From assembly GCA_031414955.1 (NCBI GenBank), contig JANOQV010000284.1, positions 1-13,223 of the forward strand: DNA of 13,223 bases. Direction: 5' to 3'. Below, piece by piece: positions 1 to 4,758 of this stretch. Position numbers and translations under genes: made by a program. The stretch comes from Pedosphaera sp. (GTDB taxonomy: Bacteria; Verrucomicrobiota; Verrucomicrobiia; Limisphaerales; SIBH01). The notes beneath the pieces are model-generated. The model searched no databases, was not told where the DNA came from, and saw only the letters and a program-made list of their open reading frames with translations. How positions within the stretch are numbered: position 1 is the stretch's first letter; each line of letters opens with the position of its first letter.

Positions 1-1
1 T

Positions 2-494
2 GCGCGTGCGCGCCATCGTCCGCGCTGGTGGGCGGCCGTAGCGGCAGCCGTGCTGCTCGGATTTTTCGCGTGGTGGATGGGGCCGGCCCCGACCGATGCC
101 TTCCCGCAATTCCGCGACCGCATGGTGCGCACCGTCGTCCGCCAGTATTCCATGGATATCGTGACGAAGGACAAGGCGGCCATCCGCCGCTTCCTGGCGA
201 CGAACCAAGCTCCTTCCAACTATGTGCTGCCCCGTGCGCTTGCGCGCCTGCCGGTGATTGGGGCGGGCTTGCTTCGCTGGCGCGATCAGCGCGTTGCGAT
301 GGTCTGTCTGGATTCAGGCGAGCAGGGAACCTTGTTCCTCTTCGTCGTGGAGAGTGCCGCCGTGTAAAGCGCCGGGGCCGACGCCGGACTTCGTGCCCGT
401 CAGCAAGCTGACCACGGCGAGCTGGACGGAAGGCGGGAAGACTTACGTGCTGGCGGGAACCGGCGGCGAAGAAGCGCTGGGCCGCTACTGGTAG
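2..494 (+). pseudogene. 5'-truncated membrane-anchored protein (putative anti-sigma factor, DUF3379-like) with a +1 frameshift near 362-368
   Basis: Frame 2 is open from the window edge (..RPRWWAAVAAAVLLGFFAWW, a TM helix, then ..LRWRDQRVAMVCL..LFLFVV) to TAA at 365-367. The protein-like continuation KAPGPTPDFVPVSKLTTASWTEGGKTYVLAG..LGRYW* is in frame 3, ending at 494. The joined product resembles the extracytoplasmic domain of verrucomicrobial anti-sigma-like proteins. The break could be an assembly error. Confidence 0.6.
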
Positions 495-499
495 TGGGC

Positions 500-1411
500 T
501 TACGGATAGCTCGGGCTGCTCGGCTTCGCGCCTTTGGGAGCCGTCACCGAAGTGCGCCAGAGCATCCAGTAAAGATCCGCGCGTTCATTGGCCGGCAGGT
601 CGATGGGCAACTGCGCGGTGTCCGGCAGGGCCGGCGGACGCGTGCTGGCCAGCCGCCATTGATGATACTCCGCGTGGCCGTCCGCAAACGAGAGATTCGC
701 CCCCTCCTGATGCCACGACGCCGGGAGATCCAGCCATTCCGAGTAGTAGAATTTGTTGATGAAGTAGCCGTCGTTGATGCTGTCGGGATGCTCCTCGATG
801 AAGGTGAAAATTCGTGAAGGGTCGGGCACATCGCCCACATGGAGGAATTGCGTGTAGCCGGGATTGTTAGTGTTGATCGAGCCGCTCATGAACTCGCCCG
901 CGTTCCCGAGCATGGCATTCATTGAGACGCTGCGCACGCGCTCGGTCCAGCCCGCCTCGCGCTGCACGGTGCTCAACGCCGTGTCCGAGGGGCACCTGAA
1001 CATCTTGCTCACGCCGGCGACATACGGCCCCAGTCCTCCGCTGGACTGGAGCCAGGTGTTGGTGTTGTCAGAATCCAATTCCCAGCTCATCACGTTGTTC
1101 ACCCAATTCAAATACTGCCCGCTGGCGACAGTGGCGTGCGTGCCATCCGCGCCCATGTTGGCTGGAAACGCGTCGTCGTGATCACCGGCGTAAGCGTGCA
1201 GCGCCACGCCAAGCTGACGTAGGTTGTTGAGGCAATAAGTGCTGCGGGCCTGCGCTTTGGCACCCGCCAAGGAGGGCAGGAGCAGCGCGGCCAGGATGGC
1301 AATGACGGCCACGACCATGAGCAGTTCGATTAAGTTAAAAGCGGCCCGGCGACCCGACCTGACCAGCCGGTCTGCGCTCCGAGGAACGAGGGGACTCGCG
1401 AAGGGTTTCAT
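500..1411 (-). CDS. Prepilin-type N-terminal cleavage/methylation domain protein with C-terminal H-X9-DG motif (DUF1559-like)
   Basis: [45 protein letters not shown] type IV pilin-like N-terminus; [19 protein letters not shown] = H-X9-DG. Start placed at ATG 1411 (MKPFAS..) because a promoter lies at 1440-1467, inside the longer ORF. Confidence 0.9.
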   Translation of the reverse strand: MKPFASPLVPRSADRLVRSGRRAAFNLIELLMVVAVIAILAALLLPSLAGAKAQARSTYCLNNLRQLGVALHAYAGDHDDAFPANMGADGTHATVASGQYLNWVNNVMSWELDSDNTNTWLQSSGGLGPYVAGVSKMFRCPSDTALSTVQREAGWTERVRSVSMNAMLGNAGEFMSGSINTNNPGYTQFLHVGDVPDPSRIFTFIEEHPDSINDGYFINKFYYSEWLDLPASWHQEGANLSFADGHAEYHQWRLASTRPPALPDTAQLPIDLPANERADLYWMLWRTSVTAPKGAKPSSPSYP

Positions 1412-1439
1412 GTCGATGATAAGCGGCTGTTCGAGGCAC

Positions 1440-1467
1440 AGATTAAATAAATACGGCGTATAGTCAA
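1440..1467 (-). promoter_or_regulatory. Putative sigma70-type promoter of the prepilin-like gene
   Basis: Minus strand TTGACT-N16-TAATCT in an AT-rich patch, 28 nt upstream of ATG 1411. Confidence 0.5.
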
Positions 1468-1639
1468 TCCAACGGCGGGCAATGTTCCGGTACCAGCAGT
1501 CTCGCGCCTCATACCGCCAAGAGGAGATTCCTGTCCTCAGCAATCCGGGATGGCTCATGGCGCTACGAAGGCAGAACATCTCTAATTGCGGTTGATCCTG
1601 GGGATTGCAAACCCGCGCTCCGGAATCGACGGCGGGCGC

Positions 1640-1668
1640 AAAAAAACCGCCAGCATCTCGCTGACGGT
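1640..1668 (-). terminator. Intrinsic (rho-independent) terminator
   Basis: Minus strand ACCGUCAGC-gagau-GCUGGCGGU followed by UUUUUU. The stem has a G-U pair on the minus strand that would be a C-A mismatch on the plus strand. Confidence 0.75.
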
Positions 1669-1735
1669 CGTTTTGATGGGGTCACTCGCGTGACCTTGAC
1701 CACACCGTGCCATGCGAGGGAGAAGAGGCAATACT
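1640..1735 (-). ncRNA. Candidate small RNA or cis-acting attenuator leader (no family recognised)
   Basis: CU-rich segment CCUCUUCUCCCUC, a GGUCAC-GCGA-GUGACC GNRA hairpin (1680-1695) and a terminator, with no credible minus-strand CDS ending here. The 5' end is estimated from an ECF-like promoter. Confidence 0.45.
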
Positions 1736-1739
1736 TTTC

Positions 1740-1768
1740 TTCGGACATTATTTGCGCGTCGCGTTTCA
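1740..1768 (-). promoter_or_regulatory. Possible ECF-sigma-type promoter
   Basis: Minus strand TGAAAC-N16-GTCCGAA, matching the general ECF layout (AAC at -35, GTC/CGT at -10), directly upstream of the RNA candidate. Confidence 0.3.
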
Positions 1769-1812
1769 TTTCCGTGTTTGTGATCGAGCGGGTTCCTGAT
1801 TGAATGCCTGTC

Positions 1813-2058
1813 ATGTCGGTGACGGTGAATTTTTATTCCTACTTCAAGGATCTGACGGGCTGCGCGGTGACGACGGAAGACCTGGCACCCGGTGCCACCA
1901 TCGCGGCCTTGCGGCAGCAGCTCTGCGCGCGCTTTCCCAAACTGAAGACCATGCAGAAATCAACGCTCGTCGCGGTGGGGTTGGATTATCAGGATCAAAG
2001 CTACGTGTTGCAGGCCGGCGACGAGGTGTCGATGTTTCCGCCGGTGCAGGGAGGGTGA
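1813..2058 (+). CDS. moaD: Molybdopterin synthase sulfur carrier subunit (MoaD/ThiS family)
   Basis: About 81 aa ubiquitin-like protein, GDEVSMFPPVQGG C-terminal diglycine, moaE two genes downstream. Alternative start at 1804. Confidence 0.9.
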   Translation: MSVTVNFYSYFKDLTGCAVTTEDLAPGATIAALRQQLCARFPKLKTMQKSTLVAVGLDYQDQSYVLQAGDEVSMFPPVQGG

Positions 2059-2502
2059 ATGTCCAACGGCTTGCCTGATGCAGTATTTTTGAAAGCCTTC
2101 GAGGATTGCACCCTACCCTCCGAGCAGTGGAAGCACCGGGCGCATTTGAAGGTGGCGTATTTGTATCTGCGCGCGTCCACGTTTGACGAGGCGCTGGCCA
2201 AAGCGCGGCGAAACATTCAGCGTTACAATGCCGCCACCAACACACCCGAAAATCTGGAGCGCGGCTACCACGAGACCATGACGGTGGCGTGGCTGCGGCT
2301 GGTCCATGACGCGCTCTGTGAGTCCGAGCCGGCATCGAGCGCGGATGAATTCCTGGAGCGCGAAATTCAACTGCTCAACAGCAAGGCGCTGCACTTGTTC
2401 TATTCGCGCGAACAGCTCATCTCCTGGCAAGCCAAGGCGGAATTCGTGGAACCAGACCTCGCTCCCCTGCCCCGCAGCGCCGGGGAAAATTCCAAATCCT
2501 AA
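2059..2502 (+). CDS. Conserved hypothetical protein (WxHxAHL / YHETxT / VEPDL motifs)
   Basis: 147 aa. ATG abuts the moaD TGA and the GGAGG in the moaD Gly-Gly codons can act as SD. The motifs FEDCTLP..WKHRAHL, GYHETMTVAW and YS..L.S..AK..FVEPDL.PLP look like a widespread uncharacterised helical family. Confidence 0.85.
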   Translation: MSNGLPDAVFLKAFEDCTLPSEQWKHRAHLKVAYLYLRASTFDEALAKARRNIQRYNAATNTPENLERGYHETMTVAWLRLVHDALCESEPASSADEFLEREIQLLNSKALHLFYSREQLISWQAKAEFVEPDLAPLPRSAGENSKS

Positions 2503-2677
2503 ATCCCAAATTTCAAATAAACTCCAAGCTCCAAATTTCAAGCTTCGGCAAGCCGCACGCCATCCGCCCAGTCTCCTGGCGGAATCGGTATTCCGGCGAT
2601 CACCGCGCTGCATCATTGGGTTTTGGAATTTGGGATTTGAAATTTGTTTGGAGTTTGGAGTTTGGAGTTTGGAGTTT
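2487..2677. repeat. Inverted array of degenerate AAA(T/C)(T/C)(C/T)C heptamers forming a long hairpin
   Basis: Left arm 2487-2546: aaattcc aaatcct aaatccc aaatttc aaat aaactcc aagctcc aaatttc aagcttc. Right arm 2618-2677: gggtttt ggaattt gggattt gaaattt gttt (ggagttt)x4. Spacer 71 nt. Confidence 0.9.
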
Positions 2678-2683
2678 CGACGC

Positions 2684-3073
2684 ATGAAACGCTCGCTCAC
2701 CATCTCCACCGACCCCATCGACGAAGCCTCGCTCATCACCTCGCGCGAAATGTCCGCCGGCATGGGCGCGGCGGTTTATTTCACTGGTGTGGTGCGCGGC
2801 AGCGAGGAAGGCGCGGATATTTCCGCCATTGATTACGAAGCCTTCAAGCCGATGGCCGAGCGGCAGTTTCAATTACTTTTCGACGAGATGGAGCAGCGCT
2901 GGCCCATCGAGTCGGTGCGGTTGGTGCATCGCCTCGGCGTGGTGCGGGTGAATGAGCCGTCGCTCTGGGTCGAGGTCGTGGCTCCGCATCGCAGCGAGGC
3001 TTTCGCCGCCGGCCAGTGGCTCATCGACGAGATGAAGCGGGTGGTGCCGATTTGGAAGAAGCCTCTGCCCTGA
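2684..3073 (+). CDS. moaE: Molybdopterin synthase catalytic subunit
   Basis: GAAVYFTGVVR, IDYEAF..MA, HRLG, APHRSEAF and MKRVVPIWKK motifs. ATG 2684 has GGAG 9 nt upstream. The N-terminal extension in the ORF track is translated repeat sequence. Confidence 0.93.
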   Translation: MKRSLTISTDPIDEASLITSREMSAGMGAAVYFTGVVRGSEEGADISAIDYEAFKPMAERQFQLLFDEMEQRWPIESVRLVHRLGVVRVNEPSLWVEVVAPHRSEAFAAGQWLIDEMKRVVPIWKKPLP

Positions 3074-3112
3074 GGCGGCGCGAACCAGTTGGAACCGTGC
3101 GGCGGTGCCCGC

Positions 3113-3403
3113 TCACTTCTTCTTCTTTTTTGCCTGCGGGTTCATGGCGGAGACTTCGATGTCATCCAGCTTTCCGTCGCCGTTCTGGTCGAACTGCTTC
3201 AAGACCGCGTCGGTGGCGAAGGCTTTCTGGATGGACTCGACTTCATCCGCGTCGATGAAGCCGTTGTTGTTCTTGTCATACCGTGCGATCATGTTCCCGG
3301 TCTTCTGCGCCTTCTTTGCTCCTCTGACCGGTGGAGCTGCGAGCACGGAGGTCGCGCCGAGCACGAGGCTGGCGGTAAGAATGATGATGATCATCTGTTT
3401 CAT
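3113..3403 (-). CDS. Small secreted EF-hand protein
   Basis: Signal peptide MKQMIIIILTASLVLGATSVLA; two canonical EF loops DKNNNGFIDADE and DQNGDGKLDDIE; SD-like GGAAAGGA before ATG 3403; poly-Lys tail. Confidence 0.85.
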   Translation of the reverse strand: MKQMIIIILTASLVLGATSVLAAPPVRGAKKAQKTGNMIARYDKNNNGFIDADEVESIQKAFATDAVLKQFDQNGDGKLDDIEVSAMNPQAKKKKK

Positions 3404-3420
3404 GACTTTCCTTTCCGTGT

Positions 3421-4614
3421 TCAAGAACTGACGAACGCCGCATCCCAATCCTTCCACACCGGCTCGTAGCCGAGCCGAGAAATGAGCACGGCGACCTCTT
3501 CGGGCGAGCGATCATCCGCGATCTCAAACTGGCCGGTGGCGCTGCGACGACCGGCCCATTCACTGGCACCGGGGGCAAGCTCCACGATGCGGCCGCGCTC
3601 CGTGAGATGAATCTTCTCCGCGCCTGCGCCGGTGTAACCGCCAGGCTCGGTGTGGCTGCCCGCACTGAGGAGCGTGATGCCGAGCGGGATCAAGCCGTCG
3701 CGCAGTTTCGCCGGTTCGCGGGTGGAGAGCACCAGACCGACATCGGGCAGGAAGAGCCGGAAGGCGCAGACGAGTTGCACGAGATGGCGGTCGCTCAATT
3801 CGGTGAGCGGCTCGAATTCGCCGGCGCACGGACGCAGGCGCGGCAGCGAGACGGTGACTTGCGCCTTCCAGCAATGACGCAGCAGGTGCGCCGCGTGCGC
3901 CGCAAGGCTGATGGCTTCCGCGCGCCAGTCCGCCAGGCCGAACAGCGCACCGATGCCGAGGCGACGAAAGCCAGCGGCGTAGGCGCGTTCGGCAGTTTCC
4001 AGCCGCCAGTCAAAATTGCGCTTCGGCCCGGCTGTGTGCAGATCCTCGTAGATGACGCGGTCGTATGTCTCCTGATACACCACGAGACCATCCGATCCGG
4101 CGGCGACGAGCGGTTGGTAATCCGCCGTCTCCATCGGGCCTACTTCGAGCGAGACGCCGGGGACTTCCGCGTGAACGGCGGCCACGCAGTCGCGTAGGTA
4201 ATTATTGGAGACAAACTTTGGATGCTCGCCGGAGACGAGGAGGATGTTGCGGAAGCCCTGCGCCTTGAGCGCGCGTGTTTCCCGCAGCACGTCCTCAATG
4301 GAGAGCGTAACGCGAAGAATCGGGTTGTCGCGAGAAAAGCCGCAGTACTTGCAGTTGTTGATGCACTCGTTGGAGAGGTAGAGCGGCGCGAAGAGGCGGA
4401 TGGTTTTACCAAAGCGTTGCACGGTGAGCGCCTGGGAGCGGCGGCACATCTCTTCCAACACACCACTGGCGGCCGGCGCCAGCAGCGTGGCAAAGTCGTG
4501 CAAAGTCCGCACCTCTCGCTGTAGCGCCTCCGCTACAGCGAGAGGCTCCGCAGACAACGAACCCGCGACGAGCGACTCGACCGGCAGATGATTAAACTCA
4601 GCGACAAAACTCAC
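3421..4614 (-). CDS. thiH: 2-iminoacetate synthase (radical SAM tyrosine lyase, thiazole biosynthesis)
   Basis: LFAPLYLSNECINNCKYCGF (CxxxCxxC), YQETYD, SLPRLRP, LSTRE, SAGSHTEPGGY, QFEIADDRS and PVWKDWD are ThiH hallmarks. GTG start at 4614 (MSFVAEFN) chosen from the promoter position. Confidence 0.93.
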   Translation of the reverse strand: MSFVAEFNHLPVESLVAGSLSAEPLAVAEALQREVRTLHDFATLLAPAASGVLEEMCRRSQALTVQRFGKTIRLFAPLYLSNECINNCKYCGFSRDNPILRVTLSIEDVLRETRALKAQGFRNILLVSGEHPKFVSNNYLRDCVAAVHAEVPGVSLEVGPMETADYQPLVAAGSDGLVVYQETYDRVIYEDLHTAGPKRNFDWRLETAERAYAAGFRRLGIGALFGLADWRAEAISLAAHAAHLLRHCWKAQVTVSLPRLRPCAGEFEPLTELSDRHLVQLVCAFRLFLPDVGLVLSTREPAKLRDGLIPLGITLLSAGSHTEPGGYTGAGAEKIHLTERGRIVELAPGASEWAGRRSATGQFEIADDRSPEEVAVLISRLGYEPVWKDWDAAFVSS

Positions 4615-4622
4615 GGTGTGTG

Positions 4623-4650
4623 ACCATAACAAACACGCGAGGCTTGTCGA
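4623..4650 (-). promoter_or_regulatory. Putative sigma70 promoter of thiH (extended -10)
   Basis: Minus strand TCGACA-N16-TATGGT with TGn immediately before the -10; 8 nt from the -10 to GTG 4614. Confidence 0.5.
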
Positions 4651-4701
4651 GAGAGGCGACGGCGCAAGACCCATTGCCACACGAACGTAATAAATCCCCG
4701 C

Positions 4702-4729
4702 TTGAACGGATTCGCGCCGATGCTAGATT
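4702..4729 (+). promoter_or_regulatory. Putative sigma70 promoter of the DUF1800 operon (extended -10)
   Basis: TTGAAC-N16-TAGATT with TGc before the -10, 29 nt upstream of ATG 4759. Confidence 0.55.
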
Positions 4730-4758
4730 CGCGCCCAACCGGATTCCCAAATATAGAT

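Noticed and set aside
1468..1625. Several GGA motifs on the minus strand (CsrA/Rsm-type sites)
   Set aside because: The count is only modestly above chance in GC-rich DNA, and most are not in clear hairpin loops.
1697..1712. Sigma54-like TGGCACG on the minus strand
   Set aside because: The -12 element reads GGTC rather than TTGC, so the required GC is absent at the correct spacing.
1580..1812. Moco or TPP riboswitch upstream of moaD
   Set aside because: No recognisable aptamer consensus on the plus strand; the structural asymmetries favour a minus-strand RNA.
1563..1814. 83-aa minus-strand ORF as a leader peptide or gene
   Set aside because: It runs straight through the terminator, has no informative codon runs and has no protein-like features.
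2487..2677. Possible CRISPR array or IS terminal inverted repeats
   Set aside because: No repeat-spacer periodicity, no cas or transposase gene, and no evident target-site duplication.
2306..2683. N-terminal extension of MoaE (255-aa ORF) and the 216-aa minus ORF with KLQTPNSK/KSQIPNPK repeats
   Set aside because: These are translations of the heptamer repeat and overlap the real upstream gene; MoaE homology begins at ATG 2684.
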